Origin: an uncultured Syntrophomonadaceae bacterium
GTDB lineage: Bacteria; Bacillota; Dethiobacteria; DTU022
Length of the DNA stretch: 64,000 bases
Direction: 5' to 3'
Assembly: GCA_964485855.1 (NCBI GenBank)
Contig: CAZAKI010000004.1
Coordinates: 2,343 to 66,342, forward strand
Shown: piece after piece, positions 46,547 to 54,763 of the stretch
Layout of the letters: each line of letters opens with the position of its first letter
Numbering within the stretch: position 1 is the first letter of the stretch
The notes under the pieces: model-generated
Told to the model about the DNA's origin: nothing
Seen by the model: the letters and a program-made list of their open reading frames with translations, nothing else
Database searches by the model: none
Made by a program: the position numbers and the translations under genes

Positions 46547-47227
46547 CTACTTAGCTTTTTGGGCAATTTCAACGATCAGATTAACTACCGCTTCGATCGT
46601 CAGATCGGTTGTATCAACAACAAGAGCATCAGGCACAATAAGCAGGGGTGAATCTTTACGTTGCGAATCAATGATATCGCGTTTTTCTATTTCAGTGGAT
46701 ACTTCCTGCAGAGTCATAGTTACTCCTTTTACTTTTTGCTCTCTGTATCTTCTTTTACTTCTTTCTTCCAATGAAGCGTCAAGATAGATTTTATAATTAG
46801 CATCAGGCAAAACCCGGGAAGCAATATCTCTTCCTTCCATAATAATGCCATCGGTTTCGGCAGCAATTGACTGTTGCAGGGCAACAAGGCGTTTCCTGAC
46901 TATTGATATGGCAGAAACCGGTGAAACCAATTCATTTACGGCAGGCATACGGATTGCTTCGGTTACATCTTCGCCGTTTAAGTAAACCTCTTTCCCGGAA
47001 CCTAGAGTAATATCGGTATTGGCTAGCATTTCCTGCAGGGCATCAAGATCGTCAAGATCGATATTTTTACGAATCACTTGCAAGGTAACTGCTCTGTACA
47101 TCGCTCCAGTATCAAGATACTTAATGTTCAATCGCTTTGCCACTTCTCGGGCAACAGTGCTTTTTCCTGATCCGGCCGGACCGTCAATAGCTATTTTCAG
47201 TTTATCCATTTTATCAGCATCTTTCAC
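46547..47227 (-). CDS. cmk: Cytidylate kinase
   Basis: 226 aa. IAIDGPAGSGKST P-loop and Cmk-specific insert. Confidence 0.9.
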   Translation of the reverse strand: MKDADKMDKLKIAIDGPAGSGKSTVAREVAKRLNIKYLDTGAMYRAVTLQVIRKNIDLDDLDALQEMLANTDITLGSGKEVYLNGEDVTEAIRMPAVNELVSPVSAISIVRKRLVALQQSIAAETDGIIMEGRDIASRVLPDANYKIYLDASLEERSKRRYREQKVKGVTMTLQEVSTEIEKRDIIDSQRKDSPLLIVPDALVVDTTDLTIEAVVNLIVEIAQKAK

Positions 47228-47338
47228 GTGATTGAGGGTTGCCTTGGAGCGTTCCTATTCTCTCATTATTAACAGTAATTTGCAAGCTTTCGCCCCTACC
47301 GTTCTGCTTTTAACAAAACAGAAATACCATATCGCTGA

Positions 47339-48106
47339 TTAAGATTCGATTTGCACCATTTTTTTCAGATAAGAAATCTCTTCTGCGCTTAAGCGGCGGT
47401 ACTTTCCTTCATCCAGTTCTCCCATATTTAGACCGGCAAAACTTACTCTGGTCAATTGTTTAACCGGATGACCGATTGCCGCGAGCATCAATTTAACCTG
47501 TCTCTTGCGGCCCTCAGTCAGAGTAATTTCAATCAGGGCCAGGTTCATCTCACGGTTAGCCTTGATCAGAGTTAAGGCGGCAGGTGCAGTCTTCGTTCCT
47601 GCAATCATCATGCCGCGTCTTAAGTGTTCCAGTTTTTCAGTTCCGGGTATACCGTAAACCAAAGCCTGGTATCTTTTTTCTACCTGGTACTTGGGATGAG
47701 TTAGCCTATATGCAAGTTCACCGTCATTAGTCAATAATAACATGCCGCTGGTATCGGCATCGAGACGGCCCACCGGGTATAAACGGAAATCCTGAAGATC
47801 GGCGATCAAATCAAGGACTGTTGGTCGATTATGGGTATCCTGAACCGTAGAAAGATAACCGGGCGGTTTATTTAGTAGATAATAAATCTTAGTTTCTTGC
47901 GGGGAGACTTCAATCCCATCAACAGTTACAATATCGTTTACGCTGACGGCAGTTTGCGGGAGCATCGCTACTCGGCCGTTTAACTTAACCCGACCCTGTT
48001 TGATCAGCTCTTCTGACTTTCGGCGCGACGCAACTCCTGACAGGGCTAAATACTTAGCAAGCCGCATTCCATCAGTTTCCATTTTCTGATGTAGTCTCAT
48101 GCTCAT
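47339..48106 (-). CDS. rluB: 23S rRNA pseudouridine synthase RluB (S4 domain + RsuA-type catalytic domain)
   Basis: S4 domain (RLAKYLALSGVASRRKSEELI) and catalytic GRLD motif. The true start may be the ATG near 48067 (MRLAKYL…). Confidence 0.85.
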   Translation of the reverse strand: MSMRLHQKMETDGMRLAKYLALSGVASRRKSEELIKQGRVKLNGRVAMLPQTAVSVNDIVTVDGIEVSPQETKIYYLLNKPPGYLSTVQDTHNRPTVLDLIADLQDFRLYPVGRLDADTSGMLLLTNDGELAYRLTHPKYQVEKRYQALVYGIPGTEKLEHLRRGMMIAGTKTAPAALTLIKANREMNLALIEITLTEGRKRQVKLMLAAIGHPVKQLTRVSFAGLNMGELDEGKYRRLSAEEISYLKKMVQIES

Positions 48107-48629
48107 TTTCAGCTTCAGCGTCTGCTTGCAATGACGGCAATTCAGCTAAATCTTTTAAACCAAAGTACTTCAAAAAATCGGGGGTTGTACTATATAGCAG
48201 CGGACGACCCGGACCTTCCTTCCGCCCGCTAATTCTAATTAATTTACGCTTCACCAGGTTTTCTAAAACATGCTCGCTGCGCACCCCACGAATCGATTCA
48301 ATTTCAATCCTGGTCACCGGCTGTTTATAGGCTATAATTGCCAACGCCTCCAGGGCGGCAGTTGAAAGATTACTAGAAACATCTTCGCTGAATGCTTTCT
48401 CCAGGTAAGGTGCAAGTTCCGGTACTGTTCCCATCTGGAAACCGGCTGCAGTTTCAATCACCTGGATTCCCCGGGCTGTTTTTTTGAGATCTTCAGCCAG
48501 CTCAAGAAATAGCTTACTAATTTCTTCCGGTGATACCGCTAGGATATTCGCAATTTTACCAGCTTTAACCGGCTCTTCACTTAAAAAAAGAATCGCTTCA
48601 AGGATTTTCTTCTGTTCAGTCTTATGCAT
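48072..48629 (-). CDS. scpB: Segregation and condensation protein B
   Basis: 185 aa with tandem winged-helix ScpB fold motifs (ILEAILFLSEEPV…). Confidence 0.85.
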   Translation of the reverse strand: MHKTEQKKILEAILFLSEEPVKAGKIANILAVSPEEISKLFLELAEDLKKTARGIQVIETAAGFQMGTVPELAPYLEKAFSEDVSSNLSTAALEALAIIAYKQPVTRIEIESIRGVRSEHVLENLVKRKLIRISGRKEGPGRPLLYSTTPDFLKYFGLKDLAELPSLQADAEAENEHETTSENGN

Positions 48630-49404
48630 GTACGGAATCCTCTAAACCCTTCATTTCATTCAAGCTGGCAAAGATGGGACCAAAAAGGCTTTCCTGTAAC
48701 AAAGTTATTCTCTTCTGCCTGGCCATTTCAAGCAGGGCAATAAAGGTAATAATAATCGGCCAGAGTCCACAACCGCTAACAAACTTATCCATCGGAAGCG
48801 GTCTATTAAATTTAACCAGGATGTTTTCAATATCATTCATCTTGTCTGCGATGATAAAATCTTCTACCGCATTAAAAAGGGGTGCGTACTGTTCAGAATT
48901 TGTAGCTTCAGCAAAGCGGTTCATAATATCACTAAGGTGGTTGGCACCTTCCCAAATTGTATAAACTGAGTCCTGCTGGGTAAAGACCATGACTTTCTGG
49001 CCGCCGGTTGAGCGAAGATAAATTTTCTGCTGCTCTTCTTCATAGCGTTGCAGTTGTTGAGCGATCTCTTTATAAAAACGATATTCCTCAAGGCGCAGAA
49101 ATAGTTCTTCCGCGGAATGGATCTCAAATAGTTCATCTTCCTCATCGATTTCTTCTGTCTTGGCCGGTCTTGGCAGCAGCAGCTTTGATTTAAGGCGCAG
49201 CAAGGTTGCTGCCATAACCAAAAACTCACTGGCAATATCAAGGTTCAGCTCTTTCATCGAATGGAGATAATCTAAATACTGGTCGGTTATTTCTGCTATT
49301 GAAATTGACCAGATATCAACTTCAGCTCTCTTGATCAAGTGAAACAAAAGGTCAAATGGACCTTCAAAAACAGGAAGCTTAATCTTATATTCTACCTGCA
49401 GCAA
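48622..49404 (-). CDS. scpA: Segregation and condensation protein A
   Basis: 260 aa. It is kleisin-like and overlaps scpB by 8 nt, the typical scpAB arrangement. Confidence 0.85.
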   Translation of the reverse strand: MLQVEYKIKLPVFEGPFDLLFHLIKRAEVDIWSISIAEITDQYLDYLHSMKELNLDIASEFLVMAATLLRLKSKLLLPRPAKTEEIDEEDELFEIHSAEELFLRLEEYRFYKEIAQQLQRYEEEQQKIYLRSTGGQKVMVFTQQDSVYTIWEGANHLSDIMNRFAEATNSEQYAPLFNAVEDFIIADKMNDIENILVKFNRPLPMDKFVSGCGLWPIIITFIALLEMARQKRITLLQESLFGPIFASLNEMKGLEDSVHA

Positions 49405-49434
49405 ACTAGTCTCACTCCCGCCAAACGGATCAGG

Positions 49435-50421
49435 CTACTTTAAACCGATAGCCTCCATAACGCACTTAAGCCTTTTTTTTGCCTGGAGATCGGCTTTTTC
49501 AGCACCGCGTTGTAATAAATCGTCTAGATCACTTGGTGTAGCGATAAGCTCTAAATATCGATCTCTAAGCGGTTTTAAATGATCGATAACCACTTCGGCC
49601 AATTCTTCTTTTAAATCCTTGTAGCTCTTCCCTGAAAAGTGATGTTCGATATCCTGTGGTTTCTTTGCTGTTAAGAGCTGGTACATGGTCAACAGGTTAT
49701 TAATACCCGGCCTGCTATCATCAAAACAGATTTCACGCAGGGAGTCTGTGGTTGCCCTTTTGATCTTATTGCGGATCTCATCAGGGCTGTCCAACAGAAA
49801 TATTGAATCATCTTTTCTTTCCTCACTCTTACTCATTTTTTTCTCCGGGTTGATCAATCCCATAACTCGTCCGCCAACAGGAGGGATCAAGGCCTCGGGC
49901 AGAATAAAGGTCTCGCCATAGCGGTGGTTAAAACGCTGGGCAATATCACGGCAGAGTTCAACATGCTGTTTTTGATCTTCACCGACCGGCACCAGGTGGG
50001 CATCATAGAGTAAAATATCCGCTGCCTGCAAAACGGGATAATCAAAAAGGCCTACGCTGACTTCGTCTTTTTGTTTTTCAGATTTTTCTTTAAACTGAGT
50101 CATCCGATGAAGCCAACCCATAGGGGTAATGCAGTTTAATAACCAGGCCAGTTCGGAATGAGCCCGGACATGAGACTGGATAAAAATCACCGAATGCTCT
50201 TCATCCAGGCCGGAAGCAATCAGCAGACCGGCTACCTCGCGGATATTGGCTCTTAGCTCTACCGGATCCTGGGGAACGGTTATGGTATGCAGGTCAACTA
50301 CACAAAAATAATTATCATAAAGATCCTGCATTGCTTTCCAGTTACGAATCGCACCTAAATAATTGCCCAAATGAAGATGTCCCGATGCCTGGATTCCTGA
50401 AAATACTGTTTTTTTTGTCAA
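49435..50421 (-). CDS. trpS: Tryptophan--tRNA ligase
   Basis: 328 aa. HIGH-type motif (HLGNYLGA) and KMSKS motif are present. Confidence 0.9.
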   Translation of the reverse strand: MTKKTVFSGIQASGHLHLGNYLGAIRNWKAMQDLYDNYFCVVDLHTITVPQDPVELRANIREVAGLLIASGLDEEHSVIFIQSHVRAHSELAWLLNCITPMGWLHRMTQFKEKSEKQKDEVSVGLFDYPVLQAADILLYDAHLVPVGEDQKQHVELCRDIAQRFNHRYGETFILPEALIPPVGGRVMGLINPEKKMSKSEERKDDSIFLLDSPDEIRNKIKRATTDSLREICFDDSRPGINNLLTMYQLLTAKKPQDIEHHFSGKSYKDLKEELAEVVIDHLKPLRDRYLELIATPSDLDDLLQRGAEKADLQAKKRLKCVMEAIGLK

Positions 50422-50474
50422 AACGGCTGATCCTCCTTCTACTGCGTATTAGCCATTAACGATCTATTTTTAGG

Positions 50475-51104
50475 CTAGAGTCCGGGAATAAATCCGATGA
50501 TGGTCGAAAATAGATTTACTACCAAATTGTAAAGCGGATAGATAATCAGACCCAGAACCCTTGTAATAATCAGTCCCAGTAAAATCAGTGGGGCATACTG
50601 TTCAAGTTGACGGTATAAACCAAGGTAGGAATTAGGAAGTACAGACATCAGTATTTTTGAACCGTCAAGTGGCGGAATTGGAATCAGGTTAAAAATTGCA
50701 AGCAAAATATTCAGCTGCATCATAACAAGCATAAATTGGAATATCAGTCCTCCGGTTAAACCGGATTGATAAAATAGGGTAATAATCAATAAACTAATGA
50801 AGCCGAGGACAAAATTGACCAGCGGTCCGGCAAAGGATACCCAGCGTAAACCCCGGCGATATTGATTAAAATTATTCGGGTTAATCGGTACCGGTTTAGC
50901 CCAGCCAAAACCGACCAGAAGGATCATTATCGTCCCGATCGGATCGAGATGGTTAAGTGGATTAAGATTCATCCTACCCTGCATTTTTGCAGTCGCATCA
51001 CCAAAATAGTAGGCCATGCGGGCATGGGCAAATTCATGAACGGTAATGGCAATCAGTAATGCAGGAATACGCAGTGCTATAACAACAGGATCTAATCCGA
51101 GCAT
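50475..51104 (-). CDS. M50-family site-2-protease-like membrane zinc metalloprotease
   Basis: 209 aa with an HEFAH motif in a TM helix and a second LDG motif. An AAGGAGG Shine-Dalgarno precedes it. Confidence 0.8.
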   Translation of the reverse strand: MLGLDPVVIALRIPALLIAITVHEFAHARMAYYFGDATAKMQGRMNLNPLNHLDPIGTIMILLVGFGWAKPVPINPNNFNQYRRGLRWVSFAGPLVNFVLGFISLLIITLFYQSGLTGGLIFQFMLVMMQLNILLAIFNLIPIPPLDGSKILMSVLPNSYLGLYRQLEQYAPLILLGLIITRVLGLIIYPLYNLVVNLFSTIIGFIPGL

Positions 51105-51259
51105 CCGTTGTAACCTCCTTCATCCCAATTCTTCAGCTTTGCCAAGTGAAAAATTGTTTTCCTAAAGTATTGACTCATTTTTAACCTTTTAATTATAGCA
51201 AACCTCCCAACAGATTCCAAACCAGTCATGAGAAAAACTATTACTTCAAAATTCGATTA

Positions 51260-52012
51260 CTATTCTTCCTTCCGGATATTCAAACCAAGCAGTCGCAGCC
51301 TATGCCATATTTGATCAGCACAGGGTTCCTGATCAATTAACATCAACTCTTTTAACAAGCGTTTGCGATCAACCAGGCTGAGCAGTTGTTCTGCGATTGC
51401 TGTTTTAAGCAAGCCAGCAGTGTTTTGTTCCAAATTAAAATTACAACGCTGCTCAAAGCGTATTGCCCTGATTATCCTCAGCGGATCATCTTCAAAACTG
51501 GCCTTATGTATTATTCTGATTAACTGATGGTTAATATCTTCCAAACCGTGATGATAATCAATAATCAGCCCGGTTTGACCGGGCATCAGGGAACAGGCCA
51601 GGGCATTGACCGTAAAGTCACGCCTGCTTAGATCATCCTTTAGATCGGAAGGTTTGATAATGGGTTGAGTTGCCGGAGCCTTATAGCATTCTTTGCGGGC
51701 AGTAATCAAATCCAATTTAGTTTTATTCCCGAGCTGCAGAGATGCTGTAGCATATTTTTTATAGACTGTTAGCTTTCCGGAAAGTTTTTTGTGGAGCAGT
51801 TCAGCTATCGAAAGCGCATTACCAACGACAACCAAGTCGAAATCATTTTCAGGTGGATGTTCAATTAATAAGTCCCGGATTACTCCTCCAACCAGGTATA
51901 CTTCCATTCCTACGGACGCAGCAAGCGTCCCTGCCAAATCAAGTATATTCAGGCAATCTGCCGGCATTTTTTCTTTAATTAACCCGGCAATATTAGTAAC
52001 TTGCCGGCCCAT
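51260..52012 (-). CDS. tRNA nucleotidyltransferase/poly(A) polymerase head-domain protein (short, 250 aa)
   Basis: GGVIRDLLI…DFDLVV Pol-beta-like nucleotidyltransferase motifs. It shares a 1-nt start/stop overlap with deoB. Confidence 0.7.
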   Translation of the reverse strand: MGRQVTNIAGLIKEKMPADCLNILDLAGTLAASVGMEVYLVGGVIRDLLIEHPPENDFDLVVVGNALSIAELLHKKLSGKLTVYKKYATASLQLGNKTKLDLITARKECYKAPATQPIIKPSDLKDDLSRRDFTVNALACSLMPGQTGLIIDYHHGLEDINHQLIRIIHKASFEDDPLRIIRAIRFEQRCNFNLEQNTAGLLKTAIAEQLLSLVDRKRLLKELMLIDQEPCADQIWHRLRLLGLNIRKEE

Positions 52013-53226
52013 CAGGTTTTTGAAAACCAGTTGAACGGTTTACCCTCGCCCGAGCGCTCTATTTTCAACCAGGCGGCAGCAGTTGCCGCCAAGTCGGCAT
52101 AACTTTTTCTTAAACCTAAGTTTGGTTCAAACTCTTTACTGGCCAAAGCTGGACTCCAGGTAATGATCGGTACAAATTCCCTGGTATGATCCGTGGTCGG
52201 GAAAGTGGGGTCGCAACCATGATCGGCCGTAATTAATAAAAGATCTTCGTTCTTTAGTTTTTTGAGGATGCTACCAAGATTAAGATCAAATTCTTCAAGT
52301 GCTCTCGCAAATCCGGCACTATCATTCCGGTGCCCGTAAACAGTATCAAAATCACCATAGGTTGCCCACAAAAGCCCAGTGGGGCAATGATCGATCAGTA
52401 ATTCAAGATCTGCATTGATTAACTGATTATTGCCACCAGGACGCTTTTCAGTAATCCCGCGATGGGTAAAGATATCTGCAACCTTACCGACAACAGCCAC
52501 AGGATAACCAGCTGCTTTCGCTTGATCAAGCAGGGTTTCACCAGGGGGCTCAAGCGAATAATCATGTCTTCCCGCTGTTCGCTGGTAAGCGCCGTCATCG
52601 CCAATAAAAGGCCTGGCTATCACCCTACCAACAGCATAACTTCCGGTTAGGATAGCGCGCGCTTTTTCGCACCACTGGTAGAGCATTTCCCTGGAAACAA
52701 CCTTCTCATGGGCCGCAATCTGAAAAACTGAATCAGCAGAAGTATAAACAATCGGAAACCCTGTTTTTAGATGTTCAGCGCCGAGTTCCTTAATAATCTC
52801 AGTGCCAGAGGCCGCAACATTACCCAGCGTTCGTCGCCCGATTGCTTTTTCAAACTGATCGATTACTGCTGACGGGAAACCCTGTGGAAACAGGGGGAAG
52901 GGGTGCTCAAGAACCAAACCAGCTAATTCCCAATGCCCACTGGTAGTATCCTTCCCGGGTGACAAAGGTTGCATTCGACCATAGGCACTACCGTCGATTA
53001 ACTTAATACGATCAGCTTCTTTCAGCTTGAGCACCGCAGCCAAACCAAGACTGAAGAGATTTTGCAGTTTAAGCGGTTGATGTTTCTCGATGACATGTTT
53101 CAGGGTGTTAGCACCCTGATCTCCATATACATCGGCATCAGGAAGTGCGCCAACACCGGCGCCATCCAAAACAATTACAATAACTCGTTTTAAAGGAACA
53201 TCAGGCTCGGGGGTGAGTTTTGTCAT
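52012..53226 (-). CDS. deoB: Phosphopentomutase
   Basis: VIVIVLDGAGVGALPDA… metal-binding N-terminus and alkaline-phosphatase-superfamily motifs. The preferred start is the ATG at 53226 (MTKLTPE…). The track ORF is extended. Confidence 0.85.
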   Translation of the reverse strand: MTKLTPEPDVPLKRVIVIVLDGAGVGALPDADVYGDQGANTLKHVIEKHQPLKLQNLFSLGLAAVLKLKEADRIKLIDGSAYGRMQPLSPGKDTTSGHWELAGLVLEHPFPLFPQGFPSAVIDQFEKAIGRRTLGNVAASGTEIIKELGAEHLKTGFPIVYTSADSVFQIAAHEKVVSREMLYQWCEKARAILTGSYAVGRVIARPFIGDDGAYQRTAGRHDYSLEPPGETLLDQAKAAGYPVAVVGKVADIFTHRGITEKRPGGNNQLINADLELLIDHCPTGLLWATYGDFDTVYGHRNDSAGFARALEEFDLNLGSILKKLKNEDLLLITADHGCDPTFPTTDHTREFVPIITWSPALASKEFEPNLGLRKSYADLAATAAAWLKIERSGEGKPFNWFSKT

Positions 53227-54106
53227 AAATCTCCCTAATTTTTCTTCTGGTAATCTGGGTATAAATCTGGGTAGTTGAAATATCGGAATGACCAAGCATT
53301 TCCTGGACCGAGCGTAAATCAGCACCATTTTCTAATAGATGAGTGGCAAAAGAATGTCTTAGGGTATGGGGTGTAATTTCACCCTGGATTTTTGATTTAC
53401 GGGCATACTTTTTTAATATCTTCCAAAAACCTTGTCTGGTCATCCGATTGCCGAGCTGGTTGACGAAGAGCGCCGATTCGCCGTTGGTCTTTAAGAGACG
53501 TGGCCGTGATTTGCCGACATACTCATTAACATAGTTAATCGCCACGGAACCGATGGGGACAATACGCTCTTTCATCCCTTTTCCCGAACAGCGTAAAAAC
53601 CCGACCTGAGGATCAAAATCACTGATATTTAGAGAAACTAACTCCGAAACTCTGATTCCCGAAGCATATAAAAGCTCCAGCATTGCTTTATCTCTCAAAC
53701 CATTGTGTTCTCCAGGCACAGGCTGATTTAAAAGCTGATCAATTTCAGAAGTAGTCAAGACCCTCGGTAATTTCTTTTCGATTCGCGGAGATTCCAGTTC
53801 CAGTGCCGGATTGTTTTCGATTAAACCCTCCTGCAGTAAATACGTAAAAAAAGAACGGATTGAGGCTACACAGCGGGATATTGTCGCTGTAGCCCGGCCA
53901 TTCTTCTTCAATTCCGCTAAAAAAAGAGTCAGCGCCTCCCGATCAACTTCCTCCGGTTTACTGATCTGCTGTTTCTTCATAAAAGAAATAAAAGTGTTCA
54001 AATCACGACGATATGATTCGAGAGTATTTTTTGACAGCCCTTTTTCAACGGCCAGATAATGAGAGTAATTGTTGATCTGAGTTTGCATAAATAATGAGGC
54101 CCTCAC
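53201..54106 (-). CDS. xerD: Tyrosine recombinase XerD (chromosome dimer resolution)
   Basis: 301 aa with catalytic R…HxxR…Y (HTLRHSFATHLLENGADLRSVQEMLGHSDISTTQIYT). The xerD-deoB neighbourhood is the typical Firmicutes arrangement. Confidence 0.85.
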   Translation of the reverse strand: MRASLFMQTQINNYSHYLAVEKGLSKNTLESYRRDLNTFISFMKKQQISKPEEVDREALTLFLAELKKNGRATATISRCVASIRSFFTYLLQEGLIENNPALELESPRIEKKLPRVLTTSEIDQLLNQPVPGEHNGLRDKAMLELLYASGIRVSELVSLNISDFDPQVGFLRCSGKGMKERIVPIGSVAINYVNEYVGKSRPRLLKTNGESALFVNQLGNRMTRQGFWKILKKYARKSKIQGEITPHTLRHSFATHLLENGADLRSVQEMLGHSDISTTQIYTQITRRKIREIYDKTHPRA

Positions 54107-54204
54107 AGCAAATAAGTATTTATTTATTCAACGGTGGGAAAGAAAATACCTTCCTATCAATCGACTAGATTAAAATTATCTTTAAATTTATCCGCGAGCC
54201 ATGT

Positions 54205-54741
54205 TTATTTACAGGTATAGTTGAGCAAAGCGATGATCGTTTTACCGTCCCTGATCTTACCCTGTTTGATTAATTCCAGGGCTTCGGAAAGAGGATAACT
54301 AAGCAACGCTAAATTTTCATCGGGATCGCAAACAGAAAATTTTGTGTGGCTCAATTTCTCCGCTTTAAAGAGGAAAATCTGCTCATTGCAGAAACCGGGA
54401 GAGGGATAAAAATCAAGCATTTCTTTCCATATTTCGGCCTCGAAGCCGGTCTCTTCAGCCAGTTCGCGTTTAGCGCAATCAAGTGGTTTTTCTCCCGCTT
54501 CAAGTTTGCCGGCCGGTATTTCCAGCAAAAGATCACCGACGGCCTGGCGATGTTGCTGAACAAGATAAACTTCTCCCGAGTCGGACAGGGCGAGAATGGC
54601 AACAGCTCCTGGATGTTCAACAATTTCACGGTAAGCGACTAGATCATTTTTTACCTTAACCCGATCCTGGCGAATATTAAAGATCCTACCGCGATAAATA
54701 TAGTTGGATGAAAGTGTCTCTTCCTTCAGTCGGTCGTTAAT
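54205..54741 (-). CDS. nudF: NUDIX hydrolase, ADP-ribose pyrophosphatase (NudF/YqkG-like); the conserved N-terminus has no canonical start, and the candidate start is ATT at 54739-54741
   Basis: Nudix box GKLEAGEKPLDCAKRELAEETGF. The frame stays open upstream of the track TTG (54528) and encodes canonical NudF sequence (…NYIYRGRIFNIRQDRVKVKNDLVAYREIVEHPGAVAILAL…) up to a TAG at 54745-54747. The only initiator-like codon is ATT, 9 nt after GGGAGG. Confidence 0.6.
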   Translation of the reverse strand: MNDRLKEETLSSNYIYRGRIFNIRQDRVKVKNDLVAYREIVEHPGAVAILALSDSGEVYLVQQHRQAVGDLLLEIPAGKLEAGEKPLDCAKRELAEETGFEAEIWKEMLDFYPSPGFCNEQIFLFKAEKLSHTKFSVCDPDENLALLSYPLSEALELIKQGKIRDGKTIIALLNYTCK

Positions 54742-54763
54742 GAGCTATAACCTCCCAATTTAC

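Noticed and set aside
50422-50474. T-box leader expected upstream of trpS
   Set aside because: Only 53 nt separate trpS from the upstream M50 protease gene, far too short for a T-box riboswitch. trpS appears co-transcribed with the protease gene.
53201-54106. Tyrosine recombinase as a marker of an integrated mobile element (also tRNA-Leu and tRNA-Pro as integration hotspots)
   Set aside because: The recombinase has the XerD signature and sits in the conserved xerD-deoB housekeeping context. Neither tRNA is flanked by an integrase, direct repeats or phage-like genes.
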